This document shows, one piece after another, positions 39,353-48,926 of a DNA stretch of 64,000 bases. This DNA is from an uncultured delta proteobacterium. GTDB taxonomy: Bacteria; Desulfobacterota; Desulfobacteria; Desulfobacterales; QNYZ01. How positions within the stretch are numbered: position 1 is the first letter of the stretch; each line of letters starts with the position of its first letter. The position numbers and the translations under genes are program-made. The notes under the pieces are model-generated. The model searched no databases. It saw only the letters and a program-made list of their open reading frames with translations, and was not told the DNA's origin. Location of the stretch: the NCBI GenBank assembly GCA_963783425.1, contig CAWANO010000012.1:38251-102250 (forward strand), in the 5' to 3' direction.

Positions 39353-40291
39353 TTAAAGCCACTCGATGGCCCGCAGGCGCGTACTGCGGGCCATGGGGTT
39401 GGCGGCTACTTCCGCATCGCCGGGGCGCACGACCCGGCCGGTAAGCCGGCGTGCGCGCGGTTTTTGACCGCAGCCGCAGACCGGCAGATCGGGTGGACAC
39501 TGACACCCCTTGATCCAGCCTGCAAAACGCTGCTTGACGATGCGGTCTTCCAGTGAGTGAAATGACAAGATGCATATCCGCCCCCCGGATCGCATCAGGC
39601 CGGGCAGTGCCTCCAGCACGCTTTCCAGCCGTTCCAGCTCGCGATTGACGGCGATGCGCAAGGCCATGAAAACCCGCGTGGCGGGATGGATTTTTGACTT
39701 TCGCCTGGCGGCCGCAGGCATGGCCGCTGCAACGATGGCGGCCAGTTGGCGGCTGTTGGCGATGGGTGTTTTTTCCCGTTCAAGGGTAATGCGCTGGGCA
39801 ATGCGCCGTGCATAGCGCTCTTCGCCCAAGCGGCTGAAGAGCGCCGCCAGTTTCGCCGGGGGCAGCGTGTTGACTATCTGTGCGGCCGTTATGGGGGTGG
39901 CCGTGTTCATGCGCATATCCAGGGGTTCGTCGGCGTTGAAGCTGAATCCGCGGCCACTGGCACGGATCTGGTCGAGCGAAATGCCCAGATCGAGCAGCAG
40001 CTTATCGATGGCTACGACTCCCAGCGGCGTCAGCAGTTGGGGCAGATCGGCAAAGTTGCCGTGCAGCAGGTGGATATCGGCGCCGCAGTTGGAGAGTGAT
40101 TCGCGTGCGTGAGCGACGGCGTCGCTGTCCTGATCGATGCCGATCAAAACGCCACCAGGAACGATGTGTTTGCATATTTGCCGGGCGTGCCCGGTACCGC
40201 CCAGCGTGGCGTCTACGCAGATGTCACCGGGTACGGGGTTGAGGTGGCGCAGTACCTCATCGACCATCACCGGTATGTGCCGATAGGCCAT
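39353..40291 (-). CDS. rsmH: 16S rRNA m4C1402 methyltransferase
   Basis: HIPVM, DATLGGTGH, DLGIS, LDMRM, HPATRVF.ALRIAVN, SFHSLEDR. Confidence 0.97.
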   Translation of the reverse strand: MAYRHIPVMVDEVLRHLNPVPGDICVDATLGGTGHARQICKHIVPGGVLIGIDQDSDAVAHARESLSNCGADIHLLHGNFADLPQLLTPLGVVAIDKLLLDLGISLDQIRASGRGFSFNADEPLDMRMNTATPITAAQIVNTLPPAKLAALFSRLGEERYARRIAQRITLEREKTPIANSRQLAAIVAAAMPAAARRKSKIHPATRVFMALRIAVNRELERLESVLEALPGLMRSGGRICILSFHSLEDRIVKQRFAGWIKGCQCPPDLPVCGCGQKPRARRLTGRVVRPGDAEVAANPMARSTRLRAIEWL

Positions 40292-40305
40292 GATGGCGCG
40301 GCCGG

Positions 40306-40767
40306 TTACAATGCGAGTTTGTCAATGAGCGGGCCCAACACGGGCGAGTCGATATCGGCTTCGAGCTGACCCTGGTCAGTCTCGTAACGATCCTTGGCCC
40401 ATATTTCAAAGTGCTTGAGTTGCCCTACCTGAACGACATCTTTTTCCAAACCGGCGTACTGCCGCAGCATGTGGGGGATGAGGAGTCGGTTTTGGCGGTC
40501 GCAACTGCATATGGTGGCCATGCCGATCAAGGCGCGTCTGAAACGGCGCATCTCGCGCGTGGTCTCACCCATCGCCAACACCTTGGCTTCCACTACGGCC
40601 CACTGGTCGGGTGTAAAGGCGTAAATGGCGCCATCCACGCCGGTGAGCACCACCTGGGCGCCCGAGGCGTCGATTAGCTCTCGAAAGCGTGCCGGGATGG
40701 CGATCCGCCCCTTGGGATCCATGGTGTTGTAGGTCGTGCCACGGAATCTGTTTTGCCAATTATCCAC
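40306..40767 (-). CDS. mraZ: dcw cluster transcriptional repressor MraZ
   Basis: FRG, DPKGRIAIP and DRQNRLLIP duplicated AbrB-like motifs, FEIW; GTG start. Confidence 0.93.
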   Translation of the reverse strand: MDNWQNRFRGTTYNTMDPKGRIAIPARFRELIDASGAQVVLTGVDGAIYAFTPDQWAVVEAKVLAMGETTREMRRFRRALIGMATICSCDRQNRLLIPHMLRQYAGLEKDVVQVGQLKHFEIWAKDRYETDQGQLEADIDSPVLGPLIDKLAL

Positions 40768-40816
40768 TTTTTTCCACCCTGTAGAGAAATAAAAGCCAAT
40801 TTAAGGTAAATGTCAA
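40760..40816 (-). promoter_or_regulatory. Candidate dcw promoter and MraZ operator (GTGG-N6-GTGG)
   Basis: TTGACA at 40816-40811, 17 nt, TTTATT, then GGGTGGAAAAAAGTGGATAA overlapping the mraZ start. Confidence 0.55.
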
Positions 40817-41218
40817 GAAAAATCTTACTATTTATAAATATTTTTTAAATAATTTATGTGAGTTATTGGATAATCGGTTCGGGTGGAAAAATGTGGATTA
40901 AATTAAATTTCGAATCGGCAAATGGCCGCTACTGGCGCTCGGCAGGTGAGATCTGTCCCTAAGGATTGACGAGTTGTCGAAGTGACCGTATCGCATTTTA
41001 CATTAAGTAAAATGTTAATTAATCGATATAATCGACTGATAATTATATTTTTAGGTCAATCTATCTGATCTGGAATGCCCGGTGGTCAATCCCTGCACGG
41101 CCCCCAGGCGACGCCCTGAGGCGGAACAGCGGGCCTGCTTGCCATTGGGCGCGGTTTGGTTTATAGGTGCGGGGGAATTTTTCAGAGATCCCCTGACGGC
41201 AACGATTGCGACCCGATT

Positions 41219-42352
41219 ATGACCCATCACCCCCCACTTTTGATGATCGCCGGTATCGAAGGCGCCATCGCCACAACCCTGACGGTGGCCATGGCGGCCC
41301 TAAAGAAAGGACAATCCGGGATCGCCGCATCCCTGACCACGGCAGATCGGTTTGCCCAGCTGGGCCCCCTGGCTGAAGCGCGGGTGGTGGGGTGGGACCG
41401 GCAACTGGCCGGTGTGCCGGCGGCGATCGAGCGCCACGGCGTGTTGGCTGCTGAGATCTGGTCGCCTTACCAGGGTGTCCTCGCGCAGGTACCGATCCAA
41501 AGCGCGCCGGACACCGCGCTAGGGTTGCGGGGGCAGGTTGAGAAAATTTCGCGCGATATGGCCCGCTTTCGCGAATCGTTTCCCGGCCATATGCCCGTGC
41601 TGATCAATCTGTTGCCGGCGGCGGTCAACTGCGACCTCGATCATTGCGCGGATGTCGAGAGCATACTGGCGGCTGGTGACGGCGAGGCCCTTCCCGATCT
41701 GGCCTACGTCATGGCAGCCATTGAAACGGGTGTGGCCGTGGTCAATTTCACCCCCAACCGGGTGGAGTTTCCGGCACTGCTCGAGCGGGCCGGTCAACAG
41801 CAGGTGCCGGTGTGTGGGCGCGACGGCAAAACCGGACAAACCTACCTGAAGGTGGTGTTGGCCTCGGCCCTCAAAGCCCGGGCCCTTGTGGTCGACGGCT
41901 GGTACAGCACCAACATTTTGGGCAACGCCGACGGCCGGAATCTTCAGGACCCGCGGCGGTCGGCCGGCAAGATTGAAAACAAGACCGACCTGCTCAACGG
42001 CATCTTGGGGTATCGGGTCGGTCAAAATTACGGCGAACCGGCCCACACGGTGCGTATCGACTACTATCCCCCTCGCGGAGACGCTAAGGAGGCCTGGGAC
42101 GTGATTGACTTCAAGGGGCTTTTCGGGCTGCCCATGAGCCTTCGTCTCAACTGGCAGGGGCGCGACTCGATTCTGGCGGCGCCCATGGTGCTGGATCTGG
42201 CGCGCTGGGCGGTGGCCCTTCAGCTGGCCGGGCGGGCAGGAGCGATCGCCGAGCTGGGATTTTTCTTCAAAAAGCCGGTGGGCGATGACCCGCCGCTGAC
42301 CTTCGAGGCGCAGCTGGCGGCGTTGGCGCGTTTGGAGCGCCAGTGCGGGTAA
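41219..42352 (+). CDS. Myo-inositol-1-phosphate synthase family protein
   Basis: VNFTP, GRDGKTGQT, WYSTNILGNADG, GDAKEAWD, DSILAAP, FFFKKP motifs. Confidence 0.88.
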   Translation: MTHHPPLLMIAGIEGAIATTLTVAMAALKKGQSGIAASLTTADRFAQLGPLAEARVVGWDRQLAGVPAAIERHGVLAAEIWSPYQGVLAQVPIQSAPDTALGLRGQVEKISRDMARFRESFPGHMPVLINLLPAAVNCDLDHCADVESILAAGDGEALPDLAYVMAAIETGVAVVNFTPNRVEFPALLERAGQQQVPVCGRDGKTGQTYLKVVLASALKARALVVDGWYSTNILGNADGRNLQDPRRSAGKIENKTDLLNGILGYRVGQNYGEPAHTVRIDYYPPRGDAKEAWDVIDFKGLFGLPMSLRLNWQGRDSILAAPMVLDLARWAVALQLAGRAGAIAELGFFFKKPVGDDPPLTFEAQLAALARLERQCG

Positions 42353-42421
42353 TGCCCTTTGTGGGCCAACTATAGGGCTGGGCGCGTGCCGCCCAATAAC
42401 CGGTTTCATGACTGAGGTGAT

Positions 42422-43267
42422 ATGGTCTTCGGATACAGTACCAATGCATTTGTAAAATACAACCTGTTCGAGGCGGTCGAGAAAATCGCCGCCTTGGGCT
42501 TTGCCGGCGTGGAGATTATGGCTGACCGCCCCCATCTCTACCCTCCCGATTTTGATGATGACCGCCTGGATCAGTTGACAACACTGCTCGGACAGACGGA
42601 TTTGACGGTGACCAATCTCAACAGCTTCACTCTCTTTGCCGTGGGCGACACTTATCTGCCCTCCTGGATCGAGCCGGATCCGTCGCGCCGCGAGATGCGT
42701 ATCGCCCATACCCGGCACTGCCTGCAACTGGCCAAGCGTTTGGGATGCGCCAATATCTCCGTGCCCCCCGGCGGCCCCCTGCCGCCGGGGATGGCGCGCG
42801 CGGAAGCCATGGCGCTTTTTTTACGTGGATTGGAAGCGGTGATCCCCCTGGCCGAGTCTCTGGATGTGCGCATCCTGGTCGAGCCCGAACCGGACCTTTT
42901 GATCGAACGCACCAGCGAGTTCAAGCCCTTTATCGAGACCGTCCAGTCACCCCAGGTGGGGCTCAATTTCGATATCGGACACTTTTTTTGCGCCGGCGAG
43001 GACCCGGCCGCGGCTTTTGAGGAGCTGTTCGAGTGGGTGGGGCATGTGCATTTGGAGGATATCGCCGCCAGTCGTGAGCACAATCACCTCATCACCGGCC
43101 ACGGTGCCATCGACTTCGACGCGGTGTTTGCAACCATGCAACAACTGGGTTACCGGGGCGATATCAGTCTCGAACTCTATCCGTACACCGATAGGCCCGA
43201 GGCGGCCGGACGGCAGAGCTTGGCGCATATCCGCCCGCTTTTTGAAGCCGCCGGTTTACCGATTTAG
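42422..43267 (+). CDS. Sugar phosphate isomerase/epimerase (xylose-isomerase-like TIM barrel)
   Basis: GFAGVEI, VEPEP, NFDIGH, HVHLEDI, G.GAIDF, SLELY metal ligands. Confidence 0.88.
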   Translation: MVFGYSTNAFVKYNLFEAVEKIAALGFAGVEIMADRPHLYPPDFDDDRLDQLTTLLGQTDLTVTNLNSFTLFAVGDTYLPSWIEPDPSRREMRIAHTRHCLQLAKRLGCANISVPPGGPLPPGMARAEAMALFLRGLEAVIPLAESLDVRILVEPEPDLLIERTSEFKPFIETVQSPQVGLNFDIGHFFCAGEDPAAAFEELFEWVGHVHLEDIAASREHNHLITGHGAIDFDAVFATMQQLGYRGDISLELYPYTDRPEAAGRQSLAHIRPLFEAAGLPI

Positions 43268-43275
43268 GGGAGTGC

Positions 43276-44091
43276 ATGAACTGGAAACTGCCATTGTGGC
43301 GGGGGAGATCAGGCCGTCAGCAAATGCTCGATGCCTACATCGACCACAGCCGACAGGCCACTTTCGGTTTCGAGAGCGTGCCGGCCGAAGAAAAAGTCAA
43401 TCGGGTTTGCGAGCACTTCAACAGTGTGGCCGAGCACTACGACTTCATGAACACGCTGCTCAGCTTCGGCGTGCATCATCTCTGGAAACGCAGCGCTGTC
43501 AATGCGCTCGATTTGCGTCCAGGAATGCGCGTTTTGGACGTGTGCGGCGGCACCGGCGATCTGGCCATCCTGGCCCGGCGCCGCGTGGGCTCTCGCGGCC
43601 AGGTGAGCATTTACGACATCAACCACGCCATGATGAGTGTGGGACGGCGCACCACCCGCCATGCCGCCATCCGCCGCAAGCTGGGCTACATCCAGGGCAA
43701 TGCCGAGCAGATCGCCTTTGGCGACGGCAGTTTCGATGCCGTCATGGTCGGTTTCGGCATCCGCAATGTCACCCACATGGTGCGTGCCTTCAAGGAGATG
43801 TACCGGGTTTTGAAACCCGGCGGGCGCCTGATGTGCCTGGAGTTTTCCAAGCCCACGGCGCCCGTGTTTCGCTGGCTCTACGATCTCTATTCGTTCAACG
43901 TGATGCCGGTCTTAGGCGGTCTGCTGGCCGGCTCGCAGCAAGCCTATCGTCACCTGCCCGAAACCATCCGGCTTTTTCCGCTGCCCGATGAACTGGCCGA
44001 TATCCTGGTCCGGATCGGTTTCCAGGCGGTGACCTATCGTCGCTTCACCAACGGTATAGCCGTGGTGCACAGCGCCACAAAACCCGCCTGA
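43276..44091 (+). CDS. UbiE/MenG-family C-methyltransferase
   Basis: YDFMNTLLSFG.H..WK, LDVCGGTGD, FGIRNV, RVLKPGG, LEFSKP. Confidence 0.9.
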   Translation: MNWKLPLWRGRSGRQQMLDAYIDHSRQATFGFESVPAEEKVNRVCEHFNSVAEHYDFMNTLLSFGVHHLWKRSAVNALDLRPGMRVLDVCGGTGDLAILARRRVGSRGQVSIYDINHAMMSVGRRTTRHAAIRRKLGYIQGNAEQIAFGDGSFDAVMVGFGIRNVTHMVRAFKEMYRVLKPGGRLMCLEFSKPTAPVFRWLYDLYSFNVMPVLGGLLAGSQQAYRHLPETIRLFPLPDELADILVRIGFQAVTYRRFTNGIAVVHSATKPA

Positions 44092-44132
44092 CCCGATTGT
44101 TCTCCAACAATTCAGAAGATTCAAACGCACCA

Positions 44133-44171
44133 CACCGGCACAGCCGTTACGGCCATGCCGGTGCGCGTTTT
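44133..44171. terminator. Hairpin between convergent ubiE-like and fadL-like genes
   Basis: CACCGGCA..GCCG-TTA-CGGC..TGCCGGTG followed by a short T run. Confidence 0.55.
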
Positions 44172-44194
44172 ACAGCGTTTCTCTTCGCCCCGCG

Positions 44195-45541
44195 TTAGAA
44201 TGAGTATTGGATCCCCGCCGCCACGAAGGGGATGTTCTTGTCGTATTTGACCTCAATATCCTGGCCCAGAGATGTGTCGATGTAGCTGTCGCATTCGTAA
44301 AAGACGTTGCCCACGGCGAAGTTAAGCACCAGTTGCGGCAGAACCGACCAGGCCGCGCCGGCGCCTATGGTATGGGCATCCAAGTCGGGCAGGAACTTGG
44401 AGCTGTACTGCGGGTCGACGCCCATGCTGGAGTAGAGATAACCGGCGCTGGCCTTGAGGGCGGGTGAGAAGGCGTACTCGAGACCCAGGCCGATCTCCCA
44501 GCTGTTGTCGATGTTCTCTTCGAGACCTTCGCGCAAGGTGGTGCCGCCGATATCGGCGCCCTTGTTGAAGTAGATGCTGCCGCCGATCTCCGTGCGCAGG
44601 GCCGGCGTGCATTGGTGGGATACGCCCAGGTTGATCTCGGCCGGCAGGTCGTCGCGAGCGCTGCCACCGTCGACAATACCCAGCTGGGAAAGGATATCGG
44701 CGCCCTTTTCAACCTCATAGTCGAAGTCGAGCTTGACGCGCGATTTGTACTGGAAGCCGATCACATTTTCTCGGTGGGAAACAAGATCCACGCCCAGGAC
44801 GCCGCCCCATCCGTCGCCATCGGCCTCGAAATCGATTTCATTGGTGATGTCCGGCACCGGCACCAGGGTCGAAGCGTTGGTGGCGCTGCCGCTCATTTCG
44901 ACGGTGGCGCTCACGTAGCGCAACCCCGCGGCCACCGACATGTAGGGGTTGATCTGATAAGATCCGCCAAGGGTGTAGGCCATGCCGATGCTTTCGGCTT
45001 CGATCGCATGGCTCTTGACCGAATTGTAGGGTCCGGCCAGCGGGTTGGGGAACATGGCCGCCAGCTGCGGGTTGTAGTAGGGCGAACCTGGCGTGATAAT
45101 GGCCTGGTTGGTGGCCGCGGCCACTTGCCGGCCAACGCTATAGGTGGTGAAGTTGCCATTTTCATAATCCACCTTGCCGCCGCCCAGGGGAATGTCGAAC
45201 CCGAAAAAGCCGGCCCAGTCGCCTTTGCCGTAAACGGCAAAGAATGATGGAATCAGCGACGGTTCGTCGGAGTCGTAGGAGCGGCCCAGAAATTCGTTTG
45301 AATAATCCTTTTCGATCAGGTACTGGGCCGAGAGGTTGAGGTGAGCCCCATCTTCCAGCTGCGTTGTGCCGGCTGGGTTGTAGGTGACGATGTCGGCGCT
45401 GTCGGTGGCGGCCGTGCGGGTCATCAACCGCATGAACTCGGTGCTGCGGTTACTTTTGTTGACGGCGCCGCCGGCCAGCACGGTGTGCGCCCCGGCACAA
45501 ATCAAACCGACCACTACTGCACAAACGAGCAATTTCTTCAT
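44195..45541 (-). CDS. OmpP1/FadL-family outer-membrane transporter
   Basis: Signal peptide, YNPAG hatch motif, amphipathic beta strands, terminal YSF; RBS AAGGGGGAG. Confidence 0.88.
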   Translation of the reverse strand: MKKLLVCAVVVGLICAGAHTVLAGGAVNKSNRSTEFMRLMTRTAATDSADIVTYNPAGTTQLEDGAHLNLSAQYLIEKDYSNEFLGRSYDSDEPSLIPSFFAVYGKGDWAGFFGFDIPLGGGKVDYENGNFTTYSVGRQVAAATNQAIITPGSPYYNPQLAAMFPNPLAGPYNSVKSHAIEAESIGMAYTLGGSYQINPYMSVAAGLRYVSATVEMSGSATNASTLVPVPDITNEIDFEADGDGWGGVLGVDLVSHRENVIGFQYKSRVKLDFDYEVEKGADILSQLGIVDGGSARDDLPAEINLGVSHQCTPALRTEIGGSIYFNKGADIGGTTLREGLEENIDNSWEIGLGLEYAFSPALKASAGYLYSSMGVDPQYSSKFLPDLDAHTIGAGAAWSVLPQLVLNFAVGNVFYECDSYIDTSLGQDIEVKYDKNIPFVAAGIQYSF

Positions 45542-45735
45542 GATCTCCCCCTTCAATGTGAATTTAGCACCAATCCCCTGCTGTCATTTGAAAAAACGCT
45601 TACCGGTGTCTATAGTTGAATCGGGCGACGTGGGTATGTCGCGACACCTATTCCTACATACGGCAAAGTCGTTTCGATTTCAATATTTTCTTAACTTAAC
45701 CTTAATATAATACGAGCGCCGGGAGGCGATTTGCG

Positions 45736-46767
45736 ATGAAAGCCATGGTTTTGGAGGGGACCTTCGATTTGCGCCATGAACATGAGCCACTGCGGCTGGT
45801 GGATCTGCCCGATCCGGTGGTCGGTCCGCAGGATGTGGTGATCGAAGTGACGGCCTGCGGGGTGTGTCACACCGAAATCGACGAGATCGAGGGGCGCACG
45901 CCGCCGCCGCGCTACCCGGTCGTGCCTGGACACCAGGTGGTGGGCCGTGTGATGGCGCGCGGCGATCAGGTCGAGCGTTTCGATGTGGGCGACCGGGTGG
46001 GGGTGGCGTGGATCTTTTCGGCCTGCGGACGCTGCCGCCTCTGCCGGCAAGGCCTGGAGAACTTGTGTGCGCAGTTCAAGGCCAGCGGTCGCGACGCGCA
46101 TGGCGGATATGCCGAACAGATGCGGGTGCCGGCCGATTTCGCTTACCCCATCCCGGAACGTTTTTCCGACGTTGAAGCGGCGCCGCTGTTGTGTGCCGGG
46201 GCCATCGGCTACCGCTCTTTGGCCCTGGCGGGGATCGAAAACGGCCAGTCCCTGGGGCTGACCGGTTTCGGCGCCTCGGCGCATCTGGTGCTGCAAATGG
46301 CGCGTCACCGCTATCCCGACAGCCCGGTGATGGTGTTTGCGCGCAGCCAACGCCAGCGTCGCTTTGCGCTGGAGCTGGGCGCGACGTGGGCGGGGGAGAC
46401 CGCCGCCGCGCCGCCGCGGCTGCTCGATGCCATTATCGACACCACCCCCGCCTGGCGGCCGGTGGTTGCCGCCATGGAATCACTGCTGCCGGGTGGACGC
46501 CTGGTGATCAACGCTATCCGCAAGGAATCCGCCGATCAGGAGGCCCTTTTAACGCTGGATTACACCGCCCACCTGTGGCTGGAGAAAGAGATCAAGAGCG
46601 TGGCCAACGTCACCCGCCACGACGTGGCGGCCTTTCTCGAACTGGCCAGCGAAATCCCCATTGTTCCTGAAACCTGCATCTACCCATTGGCCGATGCAAA
46701 TAAAGCCCTGGTGGATCTGAAAATGGGCGACGGCCGGGGCGCCAAAGTGCTCGGTATCGCGGCTTGA
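45736..46767 (+). CDS. Zinc-dependent alcohol dehydrogenase family protein
   Basis: CGVCHTE, GHQVVG, CGRCRLC..C structural Zn, LCAGAIGYR, GFGASA. Confidence 0.92.
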   Translation: MKAMVLEGTFDLRHEHEPLRLVDLPDPVVGPQDVVIEVTACGVCHTEIDEIEGRTPPPRYPVVPGHQVVGRVMARGDQVERFDVGDRVGVAWIFSACGRCRLCRQGLENLCAQFKASGRDAHGGYAEQMRVPADFAYPIPERFSDVEAAPLLCAGAIGYRSLALAGIENGQSLGLTGFGASAHLVLQMARHRYPDSPVMVFARSQRQRRFALELGATWAGETAAAPPRLLDAIIDTTPAWRPVVAAMESLLPGGRLVINAIRKESADQEALLTLDYTAHLWLEKEIKSVANVTRHDVAAFLELASEIPIVPETCIYPLADANKALVDLKMGDGRGAKVLGIAA

Positions 46768-46902
46768 AAAAGCATCGTGGATCGGCGGCGTCCCCCGCCT
46801 TGCAGTGGCTTGACAAGGGGCCGGGTAACCCTCATGTTTACGGCTTGGCTTCGCTGAAACACAACAGACCCGCGCCCCATAAGCGGGGAGGAGGAATATT
46901 TG

Positions 46903-47580
46903 ATGGCCATTGAAACCAAAGATCAGTATTTTGAACGCATCATCGCCAAGTCCAAACCCAAATGCAAGCACTGTGGGCAGGAGATGAGCCTGTGGGAGGT
47001 TCCGCCCATCAATTTTAGTGACGGGCTGGGTTGGGGCGTTCCCTATCTTTATGTCTGCTTCAACGACGAGTGTTCGCTCTACAAACAGGGCTGGGATCAT
47101 CTCCAGGAAAATTACGCTCAGGCAGCCTCTTATCGTGCCATTTGTTACCCAGACAGCGATAGCTTTGAGTGCATGCCTGTTTTCGGGCCCACCGGCGGCC
47201 ACGGGCAGGTGGTCGACGATGAGGTGGTTGCGATGGAAGAGGCCTTGAAGGAGAATATCAAACGTGGTTTCAGCGTGCTGGCCCACTGCTATTCTGAAAA
47301 GGATATGGTGCCGGCCTTGAGAATGCTGCTCGACCCCACCGAGCCGGCCCGGGTGCGCCTCAAAGCGGCCGAGATGATCGGCGATCTCGGCGAGCTGGAA
47401 GCCATCGATGCGCTAAGCAACCTCAAGGTGGGCAACGAGATTCTGCAGAAAACCATCGATGAGGCCGTGACCAAGATCCACGAGCGCTATTTCACCCGCG
47501 AGTGCCCCTTTTGCGCCGAGGTGATTAAAAAGCGTGCCAAGGTGTGCAAGCACTGCGGCAAAGAGGTGGCGGGCCAGTAG
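46903..47580 (+). CDS. Zinc-finger / HEAT-repeat / zinc-ribbon protein of unknown function
   Basis: CKHC..CFNDEC N-terminal, VRLKAAEMIG HEAT-like helices, CPFC..CKHC C-terminal; GGAGGAGG RBS; TTGACA-17-CATGTT at 46810-46838. Confidence 0.85.
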   Translation: MAIETKDQYFERIIAKSKPKCKHCGQEMSLWEVPPINFSDGLGWGVPYLYVCFNDECSLYKQGWDHLQENYAQAASYRAICYPDSDSFECMPVFGPTGGHGQVVDDEVVAMEEALKENIKRGFSVLAHCYSEKDMVPALRMLLDPTEPARVRLKAAEMIGDLGELEAIDALSNLKVGNEILQKTIDEAVTKIHERYFTRECPFCAEVIKKRAKVCKHCGKEVAGQ

Positions 47581-47647
47581 CGGTTCCGCTAAAAATATCA
47601 CGCGTGTGTTACACCTCAGGGCTAGGCGCGATCGTTTTTCAACCGCC

Positions 47648-48913
47648 TTAAAAGCGGGTGGGGCGCGTGCCGGCTAGATTCACACGGGGTGTGCGACCGG
47701 CAAGCAGATCGGCGATGGCTTCGCCCGTGGCGGGGCCCATGGAGATGCCCAGTTTTCCGTGGCCGCTGGCGATCCACATATTTTCAACGCCTGGCATTCG
47801 GCCGATGATGGGTAATTCATCATAGACCATGGGGCGTGGCCCGGCCCACGTTTCCGGTACAATGCCGCCGGGCAGCGGTCCCACGTAAGCGGCCATGGCC
47901 CGCCGCAGTTTCTCCAACGCGGCGGGCGTCAAGCGCTGGTCCATTCCCGCAAAATCCAACAGTCCCCCGATTCGAAAACCATTCTCAAATGGCGTGTAGA
48001 CCACCCCTGCTTCGACGAAAAAACAGGGCCGGTCGATGGGCGGCGCACAGCCGTCGAAGGTGAGGCTGTAACCTTTTCCCGGTTCGATGGGCAGCGAACA
48101 GCCCAGTTTGCGGCTGATTTCAGGGCTCCAGGCGCCGGCCGCCAGCACCACCTGCCGGGCATGGTAGGTTTTGTGGCCGACCCGAATGCGGGTGACGGCC
48201 CGGCCAGTCGTTTCGAAATCGGTCACCGGGCTGTTTTCGATGACATGCGCCCCGGAGCCATTCAACAAGCGTTTTAATTCGGCCAGCAGTTTGTCCGGCC
48301 GCAGATGGCGGTCGTCGGGATGAAACCAGGCACCGCTCACATCAGCAGCTAGTTTGGGTGCCATCTGTCGCAGGTGGTTTTGGTCGACAGTGCGGGTATA
48401 AACACCGTAGCGTTCGAGCAGTCCCCGGTGGGGCTCAATATCGTTAATGCGTTTGGCGTGCTTGTACACATGCAAAGCGCCTCTGCTGCCCTGGTCGCAT
48501 AACAGGCTATCGAGTTGCAAGAACTTGTCATAAAGCGCTATGGAGCGGGTAAGTAGAGCGTGCCGCACAGCGGCCGCGTGGCTCACATGGCGGGCGGTGC
48601 AGTGGCGGGCAAAGTCCAGAAGCCATTTATAGCGACGCGGCGTCAGGCCGGGGCGTATCATCAGGGCCGATTGCGGCTTGCCCATCATTGAAAGCGCACC
48701 GCCCACCGCGCCCGGTGCGCACAAGGGCACCACCGCGCTGGGCACCAGCAAACCGCAATTGCCGTGGGAGGCGCCCGCACCAACCCGTTCGCGCTCAAGC
48801 ACGCAAACGTCAAATCCCTCATTTTTGAGATAATAGGCGCAAAACAGGCCGATCACCCCACCGCCGATGATGGCGACGTCAAGGTGACGCGGGGGTGGTG
48901 TCGTTTGGGTCAT
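47648..48913 (-). CDS. FAD-dependent D-amino acid dehydrogenase family protein (DadA-like)
   Basis: IIGGGVIG, GASHGNCG, PGKGYS, WAGPRP...D.LPIIG, SGHGKLG. Confidence 0.88.
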   Translation of the reverse strand: MTQTTPPPRHLDVAIIGGGVIGLFCAYYLKNEGFDVCVLERERVGAGASHGNCGLLVPSAVVPLCAPGAVGGALSMMGKPQSALMIRPGLTPRRYKWLLDFARHCTARHVSHAAAVRHALLTRSIALYDKFLQLDSLLCDQGSRGALHVYKHAKRINDIEPHRGLLERYGVYTRTVDQNHLRQMAPKLAADVSGAWFHPDDRHLRPDKLLAELKRLLNGSGAHVIENSPVTDFETTGRAVTRIRVGHKTYHARQVVLAAGAWSPEISRKLGCSLPIEPGKGYSLTFDGCAPPIDRPCFFVEAGVVYTPFENGFRIGGLLDFAGMDQRLTPAALEKLRRAMAAYVGPLPGGIVPETWAGPRPMVYDELPIIGRMPGVENMWIASGHGKLGISMGPATGEAIADLLAGRTPRVNLAGTRPTRF

Positions 48914-48926
48914 CGGGTAAGGGGCC

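Noticed and set aside
40760-41060. AT-rich region with DnaA-box-like 9-mers as oriC
   Set aside because: Only two or three imperfect boxes and no dnaA/dnaN/gidA context; better explained as divergent promoters.
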